Source: an uncultured delta proteobacterium (lineage in GTDB: Bacteria; Desulfobacterota; Binatia; UBA9968). Taken from it: 64,000 nt of DNA. Below are positions 1 to 12,985 of the stretch, piece by piece. The position numbers and the translations under genes were made by a program. Location of the stretch: the NCBI GenBank assembly GCA_963760795.1, contig CAVXEP010000007.1, forward strand, positions 64,001 through 128,000. Direction: 5' to 3'. The notes below the pieces were generated by a model. That model saw only the letters and a list, made by a program, of their open reading frames with translations. It was not told the DNA's origin and did not search any database. How positions within the stretch are numbered: the stretch's first letter is position 1; every line of letters starts with the position of its first letter.

Positions 1-237
1 CACGCCATCGACGGTCACGCCGGTGTCGAATAGAAACGAATCTTTGTGACCGGCCGAGTAGGTCGTCACCAGCATCGACACGCCATGCTCGGCGCGCAAC
101 TGCGGCCACGCATGGGCATCGCTGCCACGCTTGTGGCGCTTGGCCACCGGTGTGTTGCCCATCAGCACGTCGATGGAATTGTCCATCACGCTCAAGATCT
201 CCACGCGGTCGACCTCTTTCAGCGGCACCAGAGCCAT
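1..237 (-). CDS. MBL-fold metallo-hydrolase (MJ0301/MJ0448-like), N-terminal part; runs off the window edge
   Basis: Not in the ORF track. Manual translation MALVPLKEVDRVEILSVMDNSIDVL...RAEHGVSMLV...FLFDTGV carries AEHG and LFDTG motifs; AGGAGG RBS upstream. Confidence 0.75.
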   Translation of the reverse strand, partial: MALVPLKEVDRVEILSVMDNSIDVLMGNTPVAKRHKRGSDAHAWPQLRAEHGVSMLVTTYSAGHKDSFLFDTGVTVDGV

Positions 238-245
238 AGCGCCTC

Positions 246-1058
246 CTATTTCACTTCGTAGAGGAACGGCTTTTTCAGCATCCAGTTGACGATCTGCTCG
301 ATCGTCTCAGATTCCTTGCCCAGAAAGCCATGCTGGCTGCGCGCTTCGCAGGGCGTCGACTGCGGCGGCAAACCGCCCCACACGGTGATCAGTGGGAACT
401 TTTCAGAATAGCGCGCGGCATCGCCGTAAGGCGTGTAGCGGCATTGATCGCTGGCATGGTGCGCGAACAAAAGCGGGATTTGAATCGTCGCGAAGTCGAA
501 TCTGCTGAGACCGGGGCCGGGCTCGTTACTGTTCCGCCCGGCCTCGCGAAACATCGTCGCGGTGAGCACGGCGCCGGCGATTCTCGGACCGAAACGAGCG
601 CCGAGCGCCGCCGCGGATATCGTGCCGCGGCTGGTGCCGATCAGAAACACAGCCACGCCGGGGAAACGCTTATTGAGATCGGCGACTACGGCGGAGATAT
701 CCGTGAAGTGATCGCTGCCGAGGCGAAACTCATCGCTCATGCCCCAGCCGCTTTGCAGGTCCGAGGGCGCGTCGACGATAGCCGCGATAACGCCGCGCTT
801 GATGAACTCGGACCGGCTGCGGACAAGAAAATTGCCGCCGGCAAACTTCGGCTGGCCGCCTTCGCTGCGAAGCTGAATCAAACCGCCGGAGCCGGGAAAC
901 AAGACGGCAATCGCTTGCAGCTGTTTCGGCGCACTGGTGAGGAAATAGGATTGCGTCACGCCGGCGCGTGTCGGCAACGTGACAATTTCCTGCGCGCCGG
1001 CGACATCACAAAGACTGGCAACCCAGCAGGCAACGACAATGCGATTAAGGTGGTCCAT
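246..1058 (-). CDS. Secreted alpha/beta hydrolase
   Basis: Signal-like N-terminus from the MDHL start; FPGSGG oxyanion motif, GTSRG nucleophile elbow, C-terminal HGF. Confidence 0.75.
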   Translation of the reverse strand: MDHLNRIVVACWVASLCDVAGAQEIVTLPTRAGVTQSYFLTSAPKQLQAIAVLFPGSGGLIQLRSEGGQPKFAGGNFLVRSRSEFIKRGVIAAIVDAPSDLQSGWGMSDEFRLGSDHFTDISAVVADLNKRFPGVAVFLIGTSRGTISAAALGARFGPRIAGAVLTATMFREAGRNSNEPGPGLSRFDFATIQIPLLFAHHASDQCRYTPYGDAARYSEKFPLITVWGGLPPQSTPCEARSQHGFLGKESETIEQIVNWMLKKPFLYEVK

Positions 1059-1075
1059 GAACACGCGATGGAAAC

Positions 1076-1984
1076 TTACTTCTTGACGACCTTCCACGCC
1101 TGTTCGATATTCACTGGCAGGCGATCTTGCCCCTGCCAGTCGGCATACTCAGGCATCTTGAGCTCTTGCTTAACCTGATCGAGAGTCATTCCCTTGGCCG
1201 CCATCTCGCCCACCCGTTTCATCAGCAAAGTGTAATAGCCTTCGTACTCGTCGAAGATTTTGGTCGTGGTCGGCTGGCCATGGCCGGCAATGACGATTTC
1301 CGGGTTCAACGACTTCATCAATTTATAACTCGCCAGTACGTCGGGGATCACCACCGTCGGCCGCATGTTAATAAAAGTTTTGACGTTGGCCGCCGAGGCC
1401 GCGAACAGCACGCGTTCCTTGGGCATCCATACGGCCGTATCGGCAAAGCTGTGAACGTTTTTCAAATAGATCAATTCAAAGCTGCGCTCGCCGACGTTAA
1501 GCGTCATGCGATCTCTATACTCGATATGCGGCGGGATCATCTTCTCGCCTTTCACCGCCTCACGCATCTCCGGCGATTGCGCCGCCAGTGTCTCGGCGCG
1601 CTTGGGATTGTATTCCTTTTTCATCCCGGCTCCCGCCCCCTCGGCGTTGATGATCCTCGCCGGCGGCGAAAAAACAAAATGGTTGCCGGTATGATCGGGG
1701 TGGGTCTCGGTATCGATCAGGAAAAGAATCGGCTTGTCGGTAACCTTTTTGATCGCCGCCAACATGTTGCGCGAGTGCAGCGGGCTGTTGCAGGCATCGA
1801 TCATCACGACACCTTCCTCTGTCACGACAAAACTGCACGTCGTTGTACCTTGGTCTGGGGCAAAGGTGTAAATGCCGTCTTTGATCTTGTGAAACCCAGG
1901 GCCGAGGTCCTGCGCGCTCGATGCGCCTGCCCATAAGAACGCCGCGACGGCGGCCGCGCCAAGCGTATGGAGAGTCAATTTCAT
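1076..1984 (-). CDS. Secreted MBL-fold metallo-hydrolase (cyclase/glyoxalase II-like)
   Basis: Signal peptide MKLTLH...SSAQ; TETHPDH, HS and AGHG motifs; AGGAGG RBS. Confidence 0.8.
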   Translation of the reverse strand: MKLTLHTLGAAAVAAFLWAGASSAQDLGPGFHKIKDGIYTFAPDQGTTTCSFVVTEEGVVMIDACNSPLHSRNMLAAIKKVTDKPILFLIDTETHPDHTGNHFVFSPPARIINAEGAGAGMKKEYNPKRAETLAAQSPEMREAVKGEKMIPPHIEYRDRMTLNVGERSFELIYLKNVHSFADTAVWMPKERVLFAASAANVKTFINMRPTVVIPDVLASYKLMKSLNPEIVIAGHGQPTTTKIFDEYEGYYTLLMKRVGEMAAKGMTLDQVKQELKMPEYADWQGQDRLPVNIEQAWKVVKK

Positions 1985-2029
1985 GGCTACCTCCTTTTGT
2001 AAAACAGCAGACATTTCCGATCCGCGCCT

Positions 2030-2059
2030 AAGCTAACCGAAACACGCGGAGAGCGTCAA
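2030..2059 (-). promoter_or_regulatory. Candidate sigma70 promoter for the MBL/hydrolase genes
   Basis: TTGACG-N18-TAGCTT on the minus strand in a divergent intergenic region. Confidence 0.3.
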
Positions 2060-2156
2060 GCAACGATAGTCCGAATGTTTGGCATTGACCATTGAACTCA
2101 GGTTGTACTAAAGAGGCCCAATCTGAGGCGCATTCGCTATAGCGACCGGAGGCTAT

Positions 2157-3182
2157 ATGAAACCAACGTTCCTAGCTGTCGTCGTCCTGCTCGCCGTCTC
2201 GGCTGCCCAAGCCCAGACGCCGTTTTACCAAGGCAAGACGATCCGCATCGTCACCGGCTACCCCGCCGGCGATGTCAACGATCTCTGGCCGCGCCTCGTC
2301 GCCCGGCATATGGGCAAGTATATTCCCGGCAATCCCAGCTTCATCGTGCAGAACATGCCCGGCGCCAGTTCCATGATCGCGGCGAATTACGTCTACAGCG
2401 TTGCCAAGCCTGACGGCCTCACTCTCGGCTGGATCGCGCCAACGCTTTATTTCGATCAACTGGTCCGCCGCCCGGAAGCGCGATTCGATTGGGCCAAGTA
2501 CAGCTTCATCGGCTCGCCGGCGCAAAGCGAGCATCATCTCTACATGCGCACCGATAGTCCGTACAAAACCATCGAAGACGTGCGCAAAGCCAGCGAGCCG
2601 CCGAAATGCGGCTCCGGCGGCGCCACCGGCACCGGCTTTTATTTTCCCAAGCTGCTCGAAGAAACCGTTGGCGCCAAATTCAATATCGTTCTCGGCTATC
2701 AAGGCGGCGGTCCCATCGACTTGGCGGTGGAAAAGGGCGAGATCCACTGCCGCGCCATGACCATCGAATCTTTCATGGCCCGCGAGCCGTTTCATACCTG
2801 GCGCAAAAATAATTTCGTCCGGAGCCTGGCCCAATCGGCGCGCAAGCGCGACCCGCGTCTGCCCGACACCCCGACCATCCACGAACTGATGGATCAGTAT
2901 AAAACTGCCGAGCAATCGCGCCGGGTTGCCACTGTGATCCTCGCCGGAGGCGTCTTCGGCCGCCCGCTGGTCGGCCCAGCCGGTATCCCACCGGAAATAG
3001 TGAAAACCCTGCGCGCCGGCGTGGCCAGCGCCCTCAAGGATACCGAACTTAAAATTGAAGCTGAAAAACGCAACTACGAACTCGACCCGGTGGCCGGCGA
3101 AGAAATGCAGCGCCTAGCGAAAGAAGTCATGAGCCAACCGCCCGCGGTGTTGGAGCGAATGAAGAAGGTGTTGGGCGAGTAG
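2157..3182 (+). CDS. Tripartite tricarboxylate transporter SBP (TctC/Bug family)
   Basis: Signal peptide, FYQGKTIRIVTGYP, QNMPGA, AKPDGLT, GYQGGGPIDLAVEKGE. Confidence 0.9.
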   Translation: MKPTFLAVVVLLAVSAAQAQTPFYQGKTIRIVTGYPAGDVNDLWPRLVARHMGKYIPGNPSFIVQNMPGASSMIAANYVYSVAKPDGLTLGWIAPTLYFDQLVRRPEARFDWAKYSFIGSPAQSEHHLYMRTDSPYKTIEDVRKASEPPKCGSGGATGTGFYFPKLLEETVGAKFNIVLGYQGGGPIDLAVEKGEIHCRAMTIESFMAREPFHTWRKNNFVRSLAQSARKRDPRLPDTPTIHELMDQYKTAEQSRRVATVILAGGVFGRPLVGPAGIPPEIVKTLRAGVASALKDTELKIEAEKRNYELDPVAGEEMQRLAKEVMSQPPAVLERMKKVLGE

Positions 3183-3233
3183 CTAAGATCAATTCACCGC
3201 GAAGAAAGTGCGATAGGGTCGCGACTGCGCAGG

Positions 3234-4240
3234 TTATTTGCCAAACGTATCCTGAAATAGTTTTACGTAGCGGTCGAAATTTTCATATACCTGTTCGGCG
3301 GTGAACACCGCGGTAAAGCCTTGCGCCAGCTTGGGCGGATCAGGCAGGACATCGATGCGGTCGGGCACGCGTCGCTGCGCGCGAATGGTTTCCTGACCAA
3401 CTTTCGACAAGACGAAATCGATAAACAACTTGCCGGCACTGGAGCGCGGCGACTTAGCGGCAAGTCCCATCGGATTCAGGTTGGCATAGACCGGATCGAG
3501 CGGCACCCAGTCCACCGGGGCGCCATCGCGCTTGAGACTCTCGAAGTTCTGCGAGTAAGCCGCCAGTCCCGAATTGACTTCCCCCGCCGCCACCAATTGC
3601 GCGAGCAGCGTGCGACCATTGCGCAATTGCGGCTGTTGTTTCGCGAGCTCGCGCATGAAGACCAAACCCTTTTCTTGCCCCATCGCCTGCAACATCACCG
3701 CAAACCATTCGTAGGCGGTCTGCACGATGCCGACTTGGCCGCGCCAAATCGGCTTCAGCAAATCGCTATGCGATTTCGGCACATTATCCCGGCTCACCAA
3801 CCGGCTGTTGTAACCCAGCACGGTGTAGTTGGTATAGATCGATGTCCACATCGCCTGCGGATCTTTGTGGCCGGTGCGAATGAACTTGCGCTCGGGAGAA
3901 TCGTACGCCGCTAACATGCCGCGCTTTTTGAGATTGTGCGCGTAAAACCCGGTGGTGCTCGCGACAGTCCCATTCGAACTTTCCCGCCCGCGACTCGGCG
4001 AGGATCCGTTCCATCAACGTGGCATCCCCGGCACGGTAAAACTGCGCATCGATCTTTGGATAAAGCTCCTTGAAGCGATCGATAATCCGCCGCCCATCCG
4101 TCGCTCCCGAGAGAAGCGTACCAGGTCACTTTCCCTTCCGCTTCGGCTTTGTCTTTCCACTCGGAAGCATGTGCGGACGAAAATGCCAGGCCAACGAGCA
4201 GAAACATCAACTGGATGATTTGCATGAACATGTTACGCAT
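3234..4240 (-). CDS. ABC-type extracellular SBP (AfuA/FbpA-like), frameshifted
   Basis: N-terminal ORF 3911-4240 (signal, AEAEGKVTWYAS) continues after indels in ORF 3234-3917 (YNSRLV, DLLKPIWRG, AGKLFIDFVLSKVGQ). Confidence 0.8.
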
Positions 4241-4273
4241 CTCAGCTAATCGTTGGTTGTAGAAGTAGACCCA

Positions 4274-5062
4274 TTAAACTTTAATAAACCCGTGCTTCTT
4301 GAGAAAATCCAAAATGTGAGAATCAAAAGTTGCCGGGTCTTCCAGACAGCAAGCATGGCCGGCGCCGGCTATCGTGCGATGCTCGGCGCCGGTGATGCGT
4401 GTGCTCATCTTTCTGCTACGCTCAAGCGAGTTGTCGAACTCGCCGTTCATGATCAGCACCGGCATTTTTAATTCCGGCAAACGCGCCGTCAGATCGCGAT
4501 TTTGCAAAGCATAGAAAATCTCGGCGATCGCCGGCGCGCTTAGACGCGAATCCATCTCGGTGTGCAGGCTGAGCAAATACTTGCCGATCCCGGTCCGGGG
4601 AAATGTTTTGCTGACCAAATCGGTCAAATGCTGAATGTGAAATTGTGCGACGCCTTGTTGCATATAGCCGTCGATCCGGCTCTGGTAACGATCGCCCGGC
4701 ATGCTGCTGCAGCCCACCAGAATCAAGGCTTTGAAAATCTCCGGATGGTCCAAACCCAGTTGCAAACCCATGACTCCGCCAACGCTTACGCCGGCGAACA
4801 CCGCCTCGCTCGCCTTTTCTTGCTGACATACCGCGACGACATCGTCGCACAGCTCGTTCATGGTAACCGGGGTTGCCGGTTTATCGGAATAACCGTAGCC
4901 GCGCAGGTCGATATTGATGACTTTCATGAAGGTCGAAAAATGCGCGACTTGATAAAGGAACATCCGCCGGTCAAACGGATTGGCGTGCATCAGCACCAGG
5001 GGATAGCCCTCGCCGGATACTTCGTAGTAGGTCTTAACGCCGTTTCTGCTGCTGTAGGGCAT
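4274..5062 (-). CDS. Alpha/beta hydrolase (PcaD/MenH-like)
   Basis: Start MPYSSRNG; DLRGYGYSD, GVSVGG nucleophile, GEFD, AGH. Confidence 0.85.
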   Translation of the reverse strand: MPYSSRNGVKTYYEVSGEGYPLVLMHANPFDRRMFLYQVAHFSTFMKVINIDLRGYGYSDKPATPVTMNELCDDVVAVCQQEKASEAVFAGVSVGGVMGLQLGLDHPEIFKALILVGCSSMPGDRYQSRIDGYMQQGVAQFHIQHLTDLVSKTFPRTGIGKYLLSLHTEMDSRLSAPAIAEIFYALQNRDLTARLPELKMPVLIMNGEFDNSLERSRKMSTRITGAEHRTIAGAGHACCLEDPATFDSHILDFLKKHGFIKV

Positions 5063-5093
5063 GAGCTCACTCCGTAGGGGACAGAGAAACGGA

Positions 5094-5635
5094 CTCACCA
5101 CGAAGTGTTTCATGAGCTTGCGTCGTCTACAGATCATGAAAATCCGGAGGCCCCCTCCCGAGGGTTCATTCCTTAGACTCGTCATGCCGGCGCAGGCCGG
5201 CATCCGGGGCCGGAGGGGGATGGATACCGGCCTGCGCCGGTATGACGGAACAGAGAGTCGTTATCGATGCGCAGATCATCGCTGCACATGTATTTTCGAA
5301 GGAGCGAAGGCCACGAAGGTTTCGGAAAAAATTCCGAACTTCGTGCTCTTCGGTACTACTCTGCTGAATACTTACGCGGCTGGGCAAATTTTCCGGTGAC
5401 GGGAATACTAGAACATGGGATTGACTCGCGCAAAGGCGCAAAGCACGCCAAGTTCGGAGGGAAGAGATGAATTATCTTGAAGAATTTGTTCACCGTTATT
5501 TTCCGACCTTTGCGGCCTTTGCGTCTTTGCGCGAGATATTCCGAGTTTCGGTTGCGGCTCTGCCGCGCTAGGACCTTCGCGGTGAAAACTCTTTCCCATT
5601 TGGTTGCGGCCGTGCCTCGCGTCCTTCGTGGTGAA
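5094..5635. repeat. Stack of several palindromic repeat families
   Basis: GTCATGCCGGCGCAGGCCGGCATCC with inverted partner (5180-5247); CACGAAG/CTTCGTG arms (5298-5352, 5575-5633); CGCAAAG/CTTTGCG hairpin (5425-5535); GGTTGCGGCTCTGCCGCG (5550-5567). Confidence 0.85.
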
Positions 5636-5643
5636 AGGTATAT

Positions 5644-6469
5644 TCAATCGTTCGCATGCGCCGCGAAGGTCGCCGAGTCTTCGTTGGTGATCTGCAGGCG
5701 AAAGCCGCTCGGTTCTCTGAAGTACGTTCCCAGCTGTCCCGGCTTCGGCCGTCGCGCTCGCCATGTTCATCGCGTTCTTCGATGCCGGCGGCATGAAGCT
5801 TTATCGACGATGGCGTGAAAGTTATCGTCGGTCACATTGAACGCGAAATGGCGGCCGCGCCAGGTCGCTTTGGTCACGTCGCTCAGCTCGTCGACTTTGT
5901 TCAGAATCACGCTCTGCCCCGACGGCAGCGCCACTTCGGCCATGGTGTGGTTGCCGTCCGCACCGTGCCGTTGAGAAAACGCTTGTAGAACTCCACGCTG
6001 GCGTTGATATCCGTGCTGTCAAAGTGCAAATGGTGCAAACGGGTCTTGGCGATACCGGGGGCTTTGGTGATCTCGAAAAAGTTGCCTTCGGAATCTTGAA
6101 ACACCAGGCCGTCTTTCCAACAGCAACCCAAACCGCTTTCCGTTTTGATGTCCGTACGAACACGCCGGCGCGGCGAATCTTTGCGACCATCCCGTCATAT
6201 TCGCCTTCCGGCACTTGGAACGAATGGCGCGGATAGGAATTGGCGCTCTCGCGTTTGGGCAACTGGTTCTTGCCCTGGGAAAATAGCCCGACGTGATTTT
6301 CGCCGAGCTTCATGAAGATGCGCGTCATCTTCGGCGCGTTCTCGGATTTCAAAGTGCGCGCGCCGATGACTTCGGTATAGAATTTTTCCGCCCGCTCCGG
6401 TTCCATCACCGCGACGACGAAATGATCCAGGTGCTGTACATCGCCTTTTGCTTTGGTTTTACCGCTCAT
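5644..6469 (-). CDS. Two-domain VOC (glyoxalase/extradiol dioxygenase superfamily) protein, frameshifted
   Basis: Joined frames read MSGKTK..LDHFVVAV..AEKFYTEVIG..PRHSF..FQDSEGNFFEI..LHHLHF..HFAFNV..YFREPSGFRLQIT; about four indels. Confidence 0.75.
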
Positions 6470-6489
6470 AATTATCTCCTTTCTGTCAC

Positions 6490-9281
<2,792 letters not shown>

Positions 9282-9295
9282 GATTGGGCTCCGAA

Positions 9296-9382
9296 CGGAG
9301 TGTTGGAGTAATGGAGAATTGGAGTATTGGGTCCGGAGTCCATCACTCCATTACTCCACCACTCCATTACTCCAACCATCCG
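9296..9382. repeat. Inverted repeat of 8-bp units (TGGAGTAT / ATTACTCC)
   Basis: GGAGTGTTGGAGTAATGGAGAATTGGAGTATTGG ... CATCACTCCATTACTCCACCACTCCATTACTCCAAC between SBP and permease. Confidence 0.85.
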
Positions 9383-9386
9383 CGTT

Positions 9387-10439
9387 TCAGTTTCCCGCCA
9401 AAATCTTCTGAAACTTCTGCCGAATGCGGCTATGCTCCTCGGCGTTCTTCACGACCTCCGATACCGAATAGGCGGTAAACTTCACGCCGCGCTTTTCCTG
9501 CTCGGCGACGAATTTTTGCATCGGCGTGCCCTTGACCAGATGGGAACTGCTGCGCTCGGTGTTGTAGAGAATATCCTGGCCGTCTTTGCTCAGCAGAAAT
9601 GCCGCCAGCAACGTCGCCGCGTTGGGATTGCGCGCATTGCTCGGCACGGTGACGTACCAGTAGGAAAGAATGCCGGCGTCTCTAAAAACCTGGCCGTCCA
9701 CCGGCCCGCCCTTTTCCTTGGCTTCCTGCGGCGCGGCGAGATCGCAGTTGAACACCAGCATGGCGAACTCGCCGGCGGCGATGCGGTCGTCTTCGCCGCA
9801 GCGGATCAGCCCGGCGACCTGCTTGACGAATTTCTCCAAGAATGCGGTGGTTTTCTCCTCGCCCCAGATCATCGCCAGCCGGTCGAACGACGCCGCGTAG
9901 GGCGTCGACGCGATCTTACCTTTCCATTTGGGGTTGAGCACGTCTTCGACACGCTGCGGGATATCCTTGCCGGCGACCATCTTCGAGTTGTAGGTAAAGC
10001 CCGGCGTGCGCGTCGTCACGATCAAGACTTTATTGTCGAAATCGATCATCGGCGCGGTGATATGTGAAACGTCTTCGTCCACTCCACGCTCTTCAGCGAC
10101 ATGCGCGCCACATGGTTTTCCGAACCGACGAACAAATCCGTCGACGACGGCTGCCCGGCTTTGGCTTCTTGAATAATCCGGCTGGCGAACTGCGGCATCG
10201 CCGGACCGGGGGTGTATTTGAATTGTAAATTCAAACCGTAGGTTTTGTTGAACACCTTCTCCATCGTCGCCGCCCCGTCGATGCCGCCCATGGTCCCAGT
10301 GCCCCAGCTAAGAATCAGCTGGCCTTCTTTCTTCGCGCCCTCGATCAGCTGCGCCCGTGTCTGGGCAAATACGCTTGGCGGGCTTAACGCAGCGCCGATC
10401 GCCAACGACAATCAGCAATAGTTTGTGCACATGAGTCAT
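9387..10439 (-). CDS. ABC-type extracellular SBP (AfuA/FbpA-like), frameshifted
   Basis: LIEGAKKEGQL in ORF 10046-10411 joins YNSKMV, DVLNPKWKGK, NPNAATLLAAFLLSKDGQ in ORF 9387-10082; GGAGG RBS. Confidence 0.85.
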
Positions 10440-10512
10440 AATCTCAGCCTCCGGCTTTGAACCCTCGAACCTTTGAACGCATTATTAACGGACTTGAACG
10501 GTTTGAACCAAT

Positions 10513-11478
10513 TTAGAGATCCATCTTCTTGCCCAGCCCGCGCCGAACCGCTTCGTCGTAAAGCCAAGCGGCCAACGCCATGTCGCCGTAGCCGCCCTGG
10601 GATTCGCGAAAAATATTGATTTCATCGCGGCTGGCGCGCCCGACCGCCTGGCCGGTAACCAATTCACCCAACTCGGGGATGCGGCTCCACGAAAGTTTTC
10701 CCTTCGGCGGTCAGTTCGACCAGCGGCAACGCCGCCGATTTGTCCTGGTAGTTGCGCTCCTGTTCCTGGCTGCCGACCACGGTGCGCGCGGCCTTCGAGA
10801 TGCAATTCACGGCTCAACTCCGTCGGCTTGCCCATGCTGCTCACATGGGTGCCAGGCTCGACCCAATCCTCGGGAAAGATCGGCGTCAGCGAATTGGTCG
10901 CGGTGAGAATGACATCCATGCCGCGCACCGCTTGCTTCCGGTTTATCGACGCCGCGCACGGTGATGCCGAGCAGCTGCTCGCCCTCCTCACAAAATTTCC
11001 TCCGCCGCTCAGGATCGCGGCTGGAAACAAATATTTCTTTAATCGGCCGAACGGTTTGCAGCGCCTTGAGAATGCCGAAGGCATTTCGCCCGACGCCGAA
11101 CAAGCCGAGCTTTTTAGAGTCTTCCCGCGCCATATGCTTGGCCGCGATCGCTACCACCGCCGCCGTGCGCAGCGTGCCGAAGGGAAATCCCATGAACGAC
11201 AACAGCTCGCCGGTATCGGCATCGAAGAGCGTCGCGTACATCTTATCGCCGCCGCCCAGTCCGCTGTTGGGCCCCATGCGGACGCCGACCCGATGTTGTT
11301 TGAGCACCGCGCCGGAAACGATGCGCAATCCTTTGTTCGGCCCGACCGAAACATGATACGGCGCATGCGGCACGATCTGGCCGGCGGCTTGTTGTCGGTG
11401 CGCATCTTCGATCAACTCGATCGCCTTAGTCAAATCGAGCAGCGGTTTCAATTCATCGCGACTTAAAAATAAAGGCAT
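10513..11478 (-). CDS. Ornithine cyclodeaminase/mu-crystallin family protein, frameshifted
   Basis: MPLFLSRDEL, LFDADTGELL, GTLRTAA, GLFGVGRNA, ILTATNS, IFRESQGGYGD, AVRRGLGK. Confidence 0.85.
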
Positions 11479-11564
11479 GGACTCCGTTCGCAACTACTTC
11501 AAATCGTTCGCGCCGTTCAATCGCTACGCATACGTGTAATCCGAACTCGATCTTACTCTCGTCG

Positions 11565-12852
11565 TCACTCCGAACCGCACCTTGCCCACCTCCGAAGGAA
11601 CGGGGCTTTGAGCCGCGCTTGAACTGCGGAATTTACTTCGGTAACCGCGAGCTCATGCGCCCGTTTCCCCAACCGCCGCCCACCGTTCTTGGTCACGACC
11701 ACAGTATCGCCCCACTGGCAGATATACTCGCCGTCCGCCGAGATCGCCGAGGGCTTGCAGATAAACACCATATTCTCGCGCATCGCCACCGCCAGTTGGC
11801 GCGGGCTCTTGGCGTGCGGCGTGATGATCGGCCCGTCGTCGCCCTGGCCGCGGCCATGCATGTTGAGTTCGCCCACGCGCGCCCGCGGCCGGTCCGCTTT
11901 TCGGCGCCGCACTTTGCACCGCACTCTTGGTCAGCTCGGCCAACTCGCCGACGGTGACGCCGGGCTTCAAATTTTCCACCACGCGATTGAAGATTTCACG
12001 CTGCACTTTGATCAGCTCGGCCTGCACCGGATCGATCACTTCGACAAACACCGGCTGCACCGCCTTGGGCGCGATAACCGATCCACGACGCTTCGATTTC
12101 ATTGATGATCGCGTCGCCGCGCTCGAGCAGCCGCATGCTCGGCCGGGTCAGCGTGCGCTTGGGATTTTTTCCGGACACCCAGAAACAATGAATCGGCAAC
12201 TCGGAACCGTTGCGCGTCATGGCGTAATGCATCGCCGCCCACACTTCCCAATCCTTGACGCCGACCTTGGCCGCTTCGATCTCGGCTTGAATCGCCAGCT
12301 CGTTGATCTCCATCGACTTGGCGAGCACGTCGATTTCTTCCTGCGCTCTTCACATAGCGCACTTCGTCGAGGATCGCCGTGGCGTCGACCAATTGCGCCT
12401 GCGGGAAAGCCTTCGCGGATCTGCTTCCAGGTGCCGTAGAAAATCGTTCCCTCCGGCGTGCGCGTGCCTTCGACTTCGCCGAGACCGGTAATGCCGATGC
12501 GGCCATGATCGACGTCCAATTCGTTCAATCGCTCGACGATCACCTTGCCGTAATTGCGCCGCGCCTCGCGCACGTCGGTGACCCAGTCCTGCACCGTCGG
12601 CCAGCGCGGCCCGGCCGAAGTCGCGATCGCCGTCACTGCGCCGTCAATCGGAAAAACCGCCGCCAGATCGGGTTCGCCGCCGCCGCAGTGCGTCAGATAA
12701 CGCGTGTTGGCCTGATAGTCCGCCGAATGGCCGCTGTTCTGCGGCGTGACGATGACGTCAAGATTCTGCTGGCGCATCAACTCGCGGACAGCCTGCCATC
12801 GGCGGTCGCGTTCAGCGAGGGAAAAACGCGGATAAGGATAAAGTTCAGCCAT
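11565..12852 (-). CDS. M24 (Xaa-Pro peptidase/creatinase) family protein, frameshifted; 3' end approximate
   Basis: FSLAERDRRWQAVR, LDEVRYVKS, INEIEASWIGYRAQ, MHGRGQGDD, WGDTVVVTKNGGRRLG spread over several frames. Confidence 0.85.
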
Positions 12853-12889
12853 AATTTTATTCCGAAAGTTGATGCAAGATACTTGTTTC

Positions 12890-12966
12890 CACCACGAAGG
12901 CACGAAGACACGAAGTCCGAAGTTTATTTTCCGAACCCTTCGCGTCCTTCGTGTCTTCGTGGTGAA
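12890..12966. repeat. CACGAAG-family palindromic element
   Basis: CACCACGAAGGCACGAAGACACGAAG ... CTTCGCGTCCTTCGTGTCTTCGTGGTG. Confidence 0.9.
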
Positions 12967-12985
12967 CTATCCATTTCTTCAGTAG

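Noticed and set aside
5061-5818. Short ORFs across the repeat stack (also 23586-24023, 47711-47893, 30669-31057)
   Set aside because: Translations of palindromic repeats or intergenic DNA (HHEDAK, RKGAK, VMPAQAGI patterns) with no RBS or family support.
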